Part shown: piece by piece, positions 9,481-18,936 of the stretch
How positions within the stretch are numbered: the first letter of the stretch is position 1
How the letters are laid out: the number at the start of each line of letters is the position of its first letter
Virus record (IMG/VR): IMGVR_UViG_3300025012_000071
Reading direction: 5' to 3' (one strand)
DNA from: an uncultured virus (IMG/VR IMGVR_UViG_3300025012_000071)
Taxonomy: Duplodnaviria > Heunggongvirae > Uroviricota > Caudoviricetes
Length of the DNA stretch: 64,000 nucleotides
Notes under the pieces: model-generated
What the model saw: the letters and a program-made list of their open reading frames with translations, nothing else
Told to the model about the DNA's origin: nothing
The model's database searches: none
Position numbers and translations under genes: made by a program

Positions 9481-9618
9481 TTATTTGCCCCCATTATCCT
9501 TTAACCATAATTCTAAGCCAATTTTAACTGCGTCTTGAATTGCTATGTCTTTGTCAATGCAAACCTTTTTTACAGTTTTGAGCAATTCTTCATCTAATCT
9601 AATGTTTAATTGTTTCAA
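9481..9618 (-). CDS. ribbon-helix-helix regulator (copy 2, paralog of 6024-6164)
   Basis: MKQLNIRLDEELLKTVKKVCIDKDIAIQDAVKIGLELWLKDNGGK*, TTG start, AAGGAGG RBS. Confidence 0.8.
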   Translation of the reverse strand: MKQLNIRLDEELLKTVKKVCIDKDIAIQDAVKIGLELWLKDNGGK

Positions 9619-9722
9619 CGCTAAAATCCTCCTTTTAGCTTGCTATAATTCTATACTTATGCTATAATAATAGTATAATAGAATTATAGCACTAAAACAT
9701 AAATAAGTCAAAGGAGTATTTT

Positions 9723-10715
9723 ATGGAACAAAAGGGCGCTATGTTTAGGAAGAATTTTTCTGATATACTTAACGGATTTAAGGAAAGGGACTGTATTCTG
9801 CTTATAGACAAGGAAGAATATGTAAATACTAAGCAAAAACTTCCATATATATGTAATAAGCATAAAGATAAAGGCGTTCAGTATACTCGCTGGGACAATT
9901 TTAGATTGTCGGTTGGTTGCTATTATTGCAGTTATGAATATAGGGGTAAAAATAGAAGGTTAAATTTTGAGGATGTTGAAAAAGCATTTTTAGATAGAGA
10001 CTATATTCTTTTATCCAATAAAAATAACTATAAAGGCAACAAAACAAAACTCGCGTACATTTGTCCAAAGCATAATGATAAAGGAATACAGCAAATATCA
10101 TGGGCAGACTTCAATTCTGGATGCGGTTGCTATTATTGTGGCAGGGAAAAGGTAGAGGAATTTAAGGTAAAATATACATTAGAACATTGGGAGAAAGAAT
10201 ACGCGGAGCGCGGTTATACTCTTTTGAATCCTGAATACAAGGGCACTAATAGTTTTTCCTATTTTGTTTGCGAAAAACATCCTGACAAGATACAAAGGGT
10301 TAAATTCGCAAATTTTGCATATCAGGGTGATGGATGCTCGTTTTGCGCCGAAGATCGAAGACCGAGAGGTAAAAATCATTATGCATGGACAGGAAACGCC
10401 CCTGAATATGAAAGAATAAGGAAAAGTAAAAAATATATTTTGTGGAAAATTTCTGTCCTTAAAAGAGATAATCGCACCTGCCAATGTTGCGGAAGTAGAA
10501 AAGGCAAGGATTTAAGGGCGCATCATATTAAGGGTTTTGCAAATTATCCAGAGTTAAGACTGGAAGTAAGTAATGGCATAACTCTTTGTAAATATTGTCA
10601 CGATACCAAGTATCACGGAAGTCTGCATAATGTTTGCGGATGCTGGAATGTTACCGAAGAACAACTAACTGAATATATAGCAAGTAGGAAGGAGGAATTA
10701 TTAAATGCAAATTGA
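9723..10715 (+). CDS. HNH endonuclease with three repeated zinc-binding modules
   Basis: Three C..H......W..F...GC..C type repeats, then RDNRTCQCCG...AHHI...NGITLCKYCH. Confidence 0.85.
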   Translation: MEQKGAMFRKNFSDILNGFKERDCILLIDKEEYVNTKQKLPYICNKHKDKGVQYTRWDNFRLSVGCYYCSYEYRGKNRRLNFEDVEKAFLDRDYILLSNKNNYKGNKTKLAYICPKHNDKGIQQISWADFNSGCGCYYCGREKVEEFKVKYTLEHWEKEYAERGYTLLNPEYKGTNSFSYFVCEKHPDKIQRVKFANFAYQGDGCSFCAEDRRPRGKNHYAWTGNAPEYERIRKSKKYILWKISVLKRDNRTCQCCGSRKGKDLRAHHIKGFANYPELRLEVSNGITLCKYCHDTKYHGSLHNVCGCWNVTEEQLTEYIASRKEELLNAN

Positions 10716-11088
10716 TAAGGGTATCCTTCCTATAGTTGAAGCGATGAACGCAACTAATTTCATGGAAACCTGTTCTAGTTGTCAGGGACATAGTAAAGGC
10801 ATCCACCGTTTACCGTATGTAGCTTTTTATTGTAGACAAAATGAGGTAAGAAAATTATCTGTAATACTCGATAATGCCGGCAGGGAGTTAGATGGAATTG
10901 GCGCACCGTTCTTTATAGATTGTTGCCTGGTGTTTGATTCAGATATAGGTGACAATACTGTGGACGCAAAACTTGGTTGGGCAGTTTTTAATATCAGACC
11001 GATAGAATGTAAGGGTTTCAGGATGAAAAAGACCGATAAGGAAATATTCGTACTTGTAATAGCAAATGCAATATTAGAGTCAAACTAG
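10705..11088 (+). CDS. TYW3-like N-terminal motif phage protein
   Basis: ID..I..IV...N....T.SSC.GH pattern. Confidence 0.45.
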   Translation: MQIDKGILPIVEAMNATNFMETCSSCQGHSKGIHRLPYVAFYCRQNEVRKLSVILDNAGRELDGIGAPFFIDCCLVFDSDIGDNTVDAKLGWAVFNIRPIECKGFRMKKTDKEIFVLVIANAILESN

Positions 11089-11131
11089 ACACCTAACGGT
11101 GTCTTTTAATTTTCCCACAAGGAGGTACAAA

Positions 11132-12082
11132 ATGCAATATTCACACTTTAACGCAGTATCCGGCATTAACGGTTTAGCAGTAGGTAAGGCAGGTTCAGAA
11201 AAGGTGATCGCAGACGCACTCGGTAGAATGTATCTTAACTTTGAACCCGGCAGCCAATTTTTTGTTGACTCTGCTACCGGCAGCGCATCCAACGACGGTC
11301 TGACATGGGCAACAGCACTGGCAAGCATTGACTCAGCAGTAGGAAAATGTACTGCTAATAAAGGTGACGTTATTTGGTTAGCACCAGGGCATAACGAGGG
11401 CATAACTACTGCCGCCGCCATTGACCTTGATGTAGCAGGAATAACCGTTATCGGTTTGGGTAGTGGTTCCCTAAAACCTACAATTGACTTTGACAACACC
11501 GCCGCTAGTGTAGTTATAGGTGCCAACGATATAACTATCAGTAATATCAGATTCAGGACTTCCGCTAATGCGGTAACGGTTGGACTTGATATTGAAGCAG
11601 GCAAGGACTATGCAAAAGTCTTGAACTGTGAGTTTGGATTTGCCGAAACAGCAACAGACGAGTTTGCAATTGCTCTGAGAAATAACGCAGGTTGTGACGG
11701 AACCGTAATTGACGGTTGTTTCTTTGGTGCAGGCGCACAGGCAGCAGTAACAGCAATAAGCATTACTGGTGCTTCTGATGATGTAATCATTAGGAATTGT
11801 CGCTTTACCGGATCACATTCTACCGCTTGCATTAACGGCATAACCACGCTTAGCACCAATCTACTCATAAAAGATAACATCATGCAACAAGGCGCAACCG
11901 AACCGGGTATTGAACTGCTCACTGGTACAACTGGTATTATCGCGAATAACTACATTGCAACAAACTTGGCGACTATTGCCGCTTCTATTGTTGCTGACGG
12001 TTGTTGGTTATTTGAGAACTACTACAGTGAGGTTGCCCCTGAGACTGGTGCGCTGATTGGTACTGCTTCCGCTAACGACTAA
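11132..12082 (+). CDS. virion protein with right-handed beta-helix
   Basis: FVDS.TGS.SNDG..W..A..SI..A and GDVIW.APGH.E pectin-lyase-like motifs; GGAGGT RBS. Confidence 0.75.
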   Translation: MQYSHFNAVSGINGLAVGKAGSEKVIADALGRMYLNFEPGSQFFVDSATGSASNDGLTWATALASIDSAVGKCTANKGDVIWLAPGHNEGITTAAAIDLDVAGITVIGLGSGSLKPTIDFDNTAASVVIGANDITISNIRFRTSANAVTVGLDIEAGKDYAKVLNCEFGFAETATDEFAIALRNNAGCDGTVIDGCFFGAGAQAAVTAISITGASDDVIIRNCRFTGSHSTACINGITTLSTNLLIKDNIMQQGATEPGIELLTGTTGIIANNYIATNLATIAASIVADGCWLFENYYSEVAPETGALIGTASAND

Positions 12083-12114
12083 AAGTAGGGGTTATTCGCC
12101 CCTACTTTATTTTT
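12083..12114 (+). terminator. rho-independent terminator
   Basis: AAAGTAGGGG-TTATTCG-CCCCTACTTT-ATTTTT. Confidence 0.75.
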
Positions 12115-12124
12115 GAGGTGCTTT

Positions 12125-12394
12125 ATGCAATACACCAAAAAACCGGAAAATTTCACCGATACAGAGAGACTTCTTTTAGGCATATTGGAGGAATTGCAGA
12201 AAATATCCTCACTTTTACATACACCAAAAGTAGTCGAAACGCCCAAGAAAGATGTTGTGCGTACTGTATCGGTGAAGAAGACTAAGTCAACAAAGAAATA
12301 TCCGTGTAGAAAGTGCGGCAGGGAATTTGATAATTCTCGTGTCCGCACTAACCACGAAAAGAACTGCAAGGGTGGTGTTAAAGATAGCAACTAA
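12125..12394 (+). CDS. small C2H2-type zinc finger protein
   Basis: YPCRKCGREF.......HEKNC; GAGGTG RBS. Confidence 0.65.
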   Translation: MQYTKKPENFTDTERLLLGILEELQKISSLLHTPKVVETPKKDVVRTVSVKKTKSTKKYPCRKCGREFDNSRVRTNHEKNCKGGVKDSN

Positions 12395-13331
12395 TATTCA
12401 AGGTAAAAATCCTGTTGGTACAACTGCCGCAAATACTAACCCCATCACCATTGCCGGTGTTGACGGTGATAATAAAATCAAGGGTTTAGTGCTTAACAAT
12501 GATGGAGCGGCAACTGTTGTCGTAACATCTAATAGTGATATTATGGGTGCTGTTCTTAATCACGGTGACATACCTAATATCGTTAAAAATACCCCATTAT
12601 TAGCCAATGCAACATTTACACAGGATACAATTGATAGGCAAGAACAAGTTATACCTATTGGTTCTACAAGAATATGGGTAAATGCAGATCAGTCAGGTAC
12701 ATTGTATCTTGAAGAATCTCATAATGGAACCAACTGGACAACTACGGCAACAAATGTCGTCAGCGCAGGAGTTCAGGTAATTAGGGATTGGACTGTATTG
12801 ACTCGCAGATATGTTCGCATTAGGTACGTTAATGGTGCAACAGCGCAGGGAAGTTTTAAAATTCAGCAGTATTTTATCGGCGTTGGTGTAACTCCTGTAA
12901 GGGCAGAAGATGGAACAATAGTCAGTATTGGTAGTAAAGCAGATGCTGCCGTTACAGATCCCTCTTTGTCCGGAAGTGAGATCGCATTGCTAAAGGGTCT
13001 GCTGACAAAATTAAACACTATCATTGACGGTACTACCCCTGCTACTACCGTACTAACTGGTAGTATAAATGGGAAAGGTGCGTTAGCAACTGTAACTACA
13101 GCAGGGACAAGAGTACAGTTACCTTCTTTTGCTTGTAGAGAAGTAACTATAACTGCTAAACGTACAAATACTGGTTATATTTACGCTAGTCCCGACAATC
13201 TTGTTTCTTCAACTGTTTATGGTATTGAATTAGCAACAAAAGATAGTTTTACTTTTAATGTGGCAAACGCTAATCAAATATGGATTGATGCCTCTGTGAG
13301 TGGGGAGGGGATTAGTTATGTCGCGGTTTAA
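12327..13331 (+). CDS. virion structural/fiber protein (start uncertain)
   Basis: Thr/Gly/Val-rich beta domains (RYVRIRY.NGA..Q..F), trimer-like IALLKGL segment. Confidence 0.65.
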   Translation: MIILVSALTTKRTARVVLKIATNIQGKNPVGTTAANTNPITIAGVDGDNKIKGLVLNNDGAATVVVTSNSDIMGAVLNHGDIPNIVKNTPLLANATFTQDTIDRQEQVIPIGSTRIWVNADQSGTLYLEESHNGTNWTTTATNVVSAGVQVIRDWTVLTRRYVRIRYVNGATAQGSFKIQQYFIGVGVTPVRAEDGTIVSIGSKADAAVTDPSLSGSEIALLKGLLTKLNTIIDGTTPATTVLTGSINGKGALATVTTAGTRVQLPSFACREVTITAKRTNTGYIYASPDNLVSSTVYGIELATKDSFTFNVANANQIWIDASVSGEGISYVAV

Positions 13332-15036
13332 TCCATCATTTAATGCTAAATTTGCAGAAATTGATAATTTTAAAAAGTTCAATGCCATAAATCCTATAAC
13401 TAATAGTGATATAAGCAATAATACTGTTGGTTGGGTTGGTACATCTAGTAGTTTAATATCGTCTATAAATAATGAATTGATATTTTTAGCTACTGCACAA
13501 AATGGCAGATATAGTAGTCCTACAGTCCCAGTAACAACAGGTCATAAATATTATTTTTTCGCAAATGTAAAAAGTACGTCTCCCTTAGTACAAGTATCAC
13601 TTTCTGGATTAGAAGTAAAATACCATACAGGAAGTGGTAATTATGAATACCTTTACGGCATTATTACTGCTGGTGGAACAACTAACTATCGGGTAACTAC
13701 ACAAGATACAAGAACGGATGGTTGGGATAATGTTTCTGTTAAATATATTGGGTGCATAGATTTAACTGTTTTATTTGGTGTTGGAAATGAAATACCTATG
13801 TATCAAATGTATTTGCTTATGTCTAATTATCCTAATGGATGGTTTAATGGTACAATAACTGATTTTATTTCTCATAAAAATATGTTTTTATATTTTCAAA
13901 AATATCAAACATATCCAGTTGACGGAGAGGATATTACAGAATATATACAGAACATTCTCAACCAAACAAATACTTTTGTGCTACAACGAAAAGGTATTTA
14001 TTATATAAACAATACTATTAAAATACCAAGTAACTCATCTCTTAAATTTGGGAGTAATACGAGATTAAAAATGAAACCGTCTGTAAATAAACCAATGTTT
14101 GAAAATAGCGACCCAATAAATGGCAATATAAATATATCTATAGATGGCGGTATTTTTGATGGTAGTAATGAAAGTAACACGTATGAATATGCTTTGCTAT
14201 ACGGTATATTTAGATTTGCTGGAATAACCTGTTTTACTTTTAAAAACCTAACTTTAAGAAATCCGGTTACATTTGGAACTCAATTTTGTAGATTGACTAA
14301 TTTCTTAATTGAGAATATAACATATGACTACAATCTTAATAATCTCAATATGGACGGTGTTCATTTACACGGTAAATGTTATAACGGTAGAATAATTAAT
14401 TTACAAGGAAATACCAACGACGATTTAGTAGCATTAAATGCTGATGACCAAATATTTAGAATGAGCAATGCAAGTTTTGCTACTCAAATGGAAAATGGCG
14501 ATATGGATAATATATTCGTAGATGGTATATATTCCGATAATGGATATAGAGGTGTTAGGATATTAAGCATTTCTGCTAGAATTGATAATATAAAAATACA
14601 AAACATACGTGGTATTTTCAATAAAGATACTGTTTTAATGGGAAGAATTGCGGTGGATGGAATGAGTGGTGATGGTAATATGGGTTCTATTGAGTTATCT
14701 AATATTTCATCTATTACAAAGCAAGCAGACAAAACAACTATCCATATTGACGGGAATTGTGAATATCTAAAAATATCGGATTTATCTATTGATTACTCTG
14801 ATATAGTAACAGATTCAACGGCTGTAGTAAAAGTCTTTTCTGGATATTCTGTTAATCACTTAAATATAAACAATATGTATTTAAAAAATACCGCAGGAAA
14901 TACTATTGTTCCTTTAGTCGTTGACGGTACTGTTGGAAATTTAATTTTTGATAATTTTATTTCTGATACAGTACAGGACATAACTGTAAATGGAACTGTA
15001 ACAAATTTTAGGTCTAATTCATTTACTTTAGAGTAG
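13318..15036 (+). CDS. tailspike/depolymerase (carbohydrate-binding module plus GH28-like beta-helix)
   Basis: NMDGVH...TNDD resembles the GH28 NTDG...GDD motifs; beta-helix periodicity; markedly AT-rich. Confidence 0.75.
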   Translation: MSRFNPSFNAKFAEIDNFKKFNAINPITNSDISNNTVGWVGTSSSLISSINNELIFLATAQNGRYSSPTVPVTTGHKYYFFANVKSTSPLVQVSLSGLEVKYHTGSGNYEYLYGIITAGGTTNYRVTTQDTRTDGWDNVSVKYIGCIDLTVLFGVGNEIPMYQMYLLMSNYPNGWFNGTITDFISHKNMFLYFQKYQTYPVDGEDITEYIQNILNQTNTFVLQRKGIYYINNTIKIPSNSSLKFGSNTRLKMKPSVNKPMFENSDPINGNINISIDGGIFDGSNESNTYEYALLYGIFRFAGITCFTFKNLTLRNPVTFGTQFCRLTNFLIENITYDYNLNNLNMDGVHLHGKCYNGRIINLQGNTNDDLVALNADDQIFRMSNASFATQMENGDMDNIFVDGIYSDNGYRGVRILSISARIDNIKIQNIRGIFNKDTVLMGRIAVDGMSGDGNMGSIELSNISSITKQADKTTIHIDGNCEYLKISDLSIDYSDIVTDSTAVVKVFSGYSVNHLNINNMYLKNTAGNTIVPLVVDGTVGNLIFDNFISDTVQDITVNGTVTNFRSNSFTLE

Positions 15037-15110
15037 TCAACTAACGAAGGTGCGAGAGTTTCAATCAGGGAGGCGTTTTGCCTCCCATTTTACATAAAGT
15101 AGGTGATCTA

Positions 15111-15950
15111 ATGTCATTCACCCTAACAAACTGCAAGGCACTCGTTGACTCATGGACACAAGAGGCGGTAAGCAATGCCGATCTTCTCCTATGGGGCAGG
15201 GAGTGTCTAAGAGATAATATACCATCGAGACTATGGTTAGAAAGCACAAAACTATTCAGAGCATCGGCAAAGAAATTCTACAGTCTGCCGAGTGACTTCG
15301 TGAGCATGGTTAGTCTATTCACAGGCATAGGTTATCCTGCCGGACTTACTGTAACCGCAGAAGGTACGACAGGTTCAACGGCATATGGATACCGAGTAAC
15401 CTCCATAAACGACGATAACGAAACAATTGCCTGTACTGAGATTAAGACTACCTCCGGCAATGCTACATTATCCGAAACAAACTACAACGCCCTCTCATGG
15501 ACAGCGGTAACAGGTGCATCCTCCTATGCCATATATCGCACGACAGGCGGTGCTACACAGGGGTTAATCGGTACAGCAACTACAACTACCTTTAGTGATA
15601 CAGGACTTGCAGGCGACGGCGAGAGCGTACCTATTGAGGATACGACAGGCATTAAATACACCAACTTCACTATTCGCAACCGCAAAATATCCTTCTATGA
15701 TGCAGACACATATGCTATGTCCTACATTGCACGTCCGACGGTTGCAAACATAACCGACAATGTACCACTAATTGATGCCTGCGAGTATGCAATAGCCAAA
15801 TATATTGCTTCTCGATACCGCAGCGCAGAAGATTCGGACGATGCCGACGCTTCAAGGTGGTTGCAGGAATTCTATAATTCCATTAAGAACCTTATCGATG
15901 AGAATGAACTCGATAGCAACGATTCATTTCAGATAAAGGCGGTGTGGTAA
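15111..15950 (+). CDS. head-tail adaptor with inserted Fn3/Ig-like domain
   Basis: YSLPSDF adaptor motif, LSWTAVTGASSYAIYR Fn3-like insert, helical C-terminus. Confidence 0.65.
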   Translation: MSFTLTNCKALVDSWTQEAVSNADLLLWGRECLRDNIPSRLWLESTKLFRASAKKFYSLPSDFVSMVSLFTGIGYPAGLTVTAEGTTGSTAYGYRVTSINDDNETIACTEIKTTSGNATLSETNYNALSWTAVTGASSYAIYRTTGGATQGLIGTATTTTFSDTGLAGDGESVPIEDTTGIKYTNFTIRNRKISFYDADTYAMSYIARPTVANITDNVPLIDACEYAIAKYIASRYRSAEDSDDADASRWLQEFYNSIKNLIDENELDSNDSFQIKAVW

Positions 15951-17401
15951 TGCCTCCTGTTATTCCTAAACGTACCGGAGCAACAAGAAAACAATCCATC
16001 GATATTAACGGATTTCGAGGCATAAACGCACAGCACACAAGAAAGATAAACGAGTTCTCAGATGCTAAGAATATCATCGTTACTAACGGCGTTATTGACA
16101 CAAGGGGCGGTTACTCCTTAGTCAGTGCGCCGTTTACTACTACCATTAAGAGTCTACACATGGGGGCAAAGGTAAGTTTAGGGTCTCGTATGCTTGCTGA
16201 GGTTGGCACGAGTTTGTGGTATAGGTTAACTTCTGCTGGCAGTTGGGTAGAGATAATTAGCGTGCCTTCCGCTAACTACGGTTTTGGTTCATGCACATGG
16301 ACAGACCCTGCTACCGGGACGAGTCACCTTATCTTGGCAGGTGGCACTACGTCGTGGGCGTATAACATTGATGTGGGTACTGGTGTGTCTCAGTTGATTA
16401 ATTTAGATTTGGGCGACGTGCCGTTCATGGAGTTTTGTTGTGTGTATATGGGGCATATTTTCGTTTGGGGACCTAATAGCGCATATCCGAACAGGGCGTA
16501 TTACTGCGGTGTAGATACTACTGTAGTGCCTAACCAGATAAGTAAAGATTATTGGCCGGAAGAAAATATATTTAAGATTTCAGACGCGAGTGAACCGATA
16601 CTAAATTGTATACCCTTTGCTGATCACTTACTCATCATAACTAAAAAGAGTTATTATCGCTTACTTAGCGATGAACATCCATTTCTAAATATTTACAAAA
16701 CGGGCGACATAGGCGCATACGGCGTGAAATGCTCGGTCAAGTTGGGCAACTATGCCTTCTGGTTAACTGATGAAAAACAGGTTGTCGCATACGAGGGCAA
16801 CACGGCAGAAGTCATTTCTGATAATATCGAGATCCTGCTTGCTGACCATAGTTTCACTAACGTATTTACCGTAGGTTTTGCTAATCAGTTTTGGCTAGTC
16901 CTGCCCAATAGTCCGGCAGGATATACAACCTGCTTCATTTTCGATACTCAGGAGAAGGCATGGTTTAAGTGGATATATGCAAAAGTATTCACTTCGGCAA
17001 CTGTTTTTGGCGAACCAATGGGAACGCAGACACTACAATTCGGTACTTCCGATGGCAAGATTATTAAGATGGACAGTTCTACCTTAGACGGTACTGTTGC
17101 TATAGAAAGTGAGTTTATCATCGGTCCGGTCAATTCGTCTAACCGCAAAAACAAGTTCAAGAAGATGTATTTCGTTGTTGAACCTACTACCGATTATACG
17201 CTAAATGTCTATTCTAAGAGCGACAGGGATGCGGAGAAAGCGGCGGTGGTAGTTACGGTAACTAATGGTAGTCAAGATAGCGTATACGCACGCTTAGGCG
17301 GTGTAAAGGGGCAGAACGTACAGTTCAGGGTTAACGGTACCAATAGGATAACGGGACTTAAATCTGCCTCTCTGGCGGAGATTTTGGGGGCGGTCAAATA
17401 G
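15944..17401 (+). CDS. tail nozzle/DNA stabilisation protein (P22 gp10/T7 gp12-like)
   Basis: F.GIN....I...E...AKN......G.I..R.G start; beta-propeller character; position. Confidence 0.7.
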   Translation: MVMPPVIPKRTGATRKQSIDINGFRGINAQHTRKINEFSDAKNIIVTNGVIDTRGGYSLVSAPFTTTIKSLHMGAKVSLGSRMLAEVGTSLWYRLTSAGSWVEIISVPSANYGFGSCTWTDPATGTSHLILAGGTTSWAYNIDVGTGVSQLINLDLGDVPFMEFCCVYMGHIFVWGPNSAYPNRAYYCGVDTTVVPNQISKDYWPEENIFKISDASEPILNCIPFADHLLIITKKSYYRLLSDEHPFLNIYKTGDIGAYGVKCSVKLGNYAFWLTDEKQVVAYEGNTAEVISDNIEILLADHSFTNVFTVGFANQFWLVLPNSPAGYTTCFIFDTQEKAWFKWIYAKVFTSATVFGEPMGTQTLQFGTSDGKIIKMDSSTLDGTVAIESEFIIGPVNSSNRKNKFKKMYFVVEPTTDYTLNVYSKSDRDAEKAAVVVTVTNGSQDSVYARLGGVKGQNVQFRVNGTNRITGLKSASLAEILGAVK

Positions 17402-17833
17402 ATGGCAAGCACAACACCTAACCTAATTAAGATAGGTCAGTCTAACATCAAGAATCCTAAAAAGATCGTCGATACTCACGATACCAATATGGAGAAAATG
17501 AAAGTTTTCATGACTACGGTTGCTGTTGCGGCAGGCATAGGTACGCCTACAAATGAAAGGGTTTATCTTGAAAGCGGTGAGGGTGCTTATAACTACACCG
17601 CTGCGGTTACATTTACCTTTGTTAATAGTTACACCGTCAAACCTGTAGTGACAGTATCAGCAGAATACAGTCTAGCAGACTTCCCGAGTCCATTGGTACC
17701 TGCTTTTCAATTGGTGCAGACTGGGGGCGTATATACAGGCGTTATCGTGACACCTCATAGCGATAATTTACCTGCTGTAGCAACTGCTTATTATCATGTC
17801 CATGCCGTGTGTCGTGGGAAGGTGACTGCATAA
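17402..17833 (+). CDS. tail-associated protein
   Basis: 143 aa, TF...Y..KP.VTVS motif, within structural operon. Confidence 0.55.
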   Translation: MASTTPNLIKIGQSNIKNPKKIVDTHDTNMEKMKVFMTTVAVAAGIGTPTNERVYLESGEGAYNYTAAVTFTFVNSYTVKPVVTVSAEYSLADFPSPLVPAFQLVQTGGVYTGVIVTPHSDNLPAVATAYYHVHAVCRGKVTA

Positions 17834-18936
17834 TGCCTAATGCAGCGTCACAGCGGACATGGGGAAAGGATATAAATGCTGTACTGTTAAACAAAGAATC
17901 AGGCGATAAGAGGTGTGTTGTGTGGAGAATTGGCAGAACGATTTACCTGGGTAAATCAGATACCGACGGAACAAACTGGGTACCTAAAATAGTTGTTACT
18001 TTGCCATACGACAGCATTGAACCTTATCCATTAGTTGCTCATATTTATAGCGGCGAAATTATAATATATGCCAATATCATTGACAATGGTTTTAATAAAG
18101 CAGCAGTAATTAGATTTGATTTAAATGGTGAAAATGTAACTTACAAAACTATTTTTGACTATTACCCATATAGGATTTATCTTGACTTAGATCATAATGA
18201 GGTTAGATATATTCGACCTGGCATTGGTGGTGTATGGGTAGGATTTAGTGATTTTTATGGAAATAACTATGCCGAAAATCAGTTTACCGCTAGGTCTCTC
18301 GGAGTATATTTTGAAATAATAAGAGCAGGTAATAAATTATTATATTTTTTTAGAGTCAGCACAACACTATATGTTGCTCAATCTGATTTGGACTGTACTA
18401 ATTTCGTTCAAAGGTCAACGGGTAAGGGAGTATCTAATATAGGATTTGTCGCTGTAGATGGTTCTTATGCTTATACCACGTATTTTACTGCAAGTGCTTT
18501 TGGTGTTGGTAGAGTTAGTTCAGTAACTTCTACAACCACAGATTTTTCATTTATTGAAACTACATCAATTGGTTTCACATACTATGATATGTTCAAAGAA
18601 AATGGCGAATTATACGTTATTGAAGTATCGCAGGATAATAACGGCGTAAACTATATAGTTGTTGGTACGTGTGATTTGGGATTATCTAGTTTTTCCGAAG
18701 AATCTTACGAGGTCGGTGACTTTATTGACGATGTAAAGGTTGATGCAAGCGGAGATTATTATAAATACACTTGGAGTCAAGAACAGTTATATAATGAAGG
18801 AAATATTAGTTCACTTCACTTGTGGACATACCCAGGCAACGGCGCAATAACCCCAATAACCGCACAATGTAAAATAACAGATATACTCACCGATGCAAGC
18901 ACAGGTAAGACGATTACACTTCTAGGAGGTGTTTGA
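17833..18936 (+). CDS. beta-rich tail/receptor-binding protein
   Basis: Aromatic beta-propeller-like repeats (SD.DG.N), AT-rich. Confidence 0.5.
   Translation: MPNAASQRTWGKDINAVLLNKESGDKRCVVWRIGRTIYLGKSDTDGTNWVPKIVVTLPYDSIEPYPLVAHIYSGEIIIYANIIDNGFNKAAVIRFDLNGENVTYKTIFDYYPYRIYLDLDHNEVRYIRPGIGGVWVGFSDFYGNNYAENQFTARSLGVYFEIIRAGNKLLYFFRVSTTLYVAQSDLDCTNFVQRSTGKGVSNIGFVAVDGSYAYTTYFTASAFGVGRVSSVTSTTTDFSFIETTSIGFTYYDMFKENGELYVIEVSQDNNGVNYIVVGTCDLGLSSFSEESYEVGDFIDDVKVDASGDYYKYTWSQEQLYNEGNISSLHLWTYPGNGAITPITAQCKITDILTDASTGKTITLLGGV

Noticed and set aside
13318..18936. Diversity-generating retroelement targeting tail genes
   Set aside because: No reverse transcriptase and no TR/VR repeat pair seen
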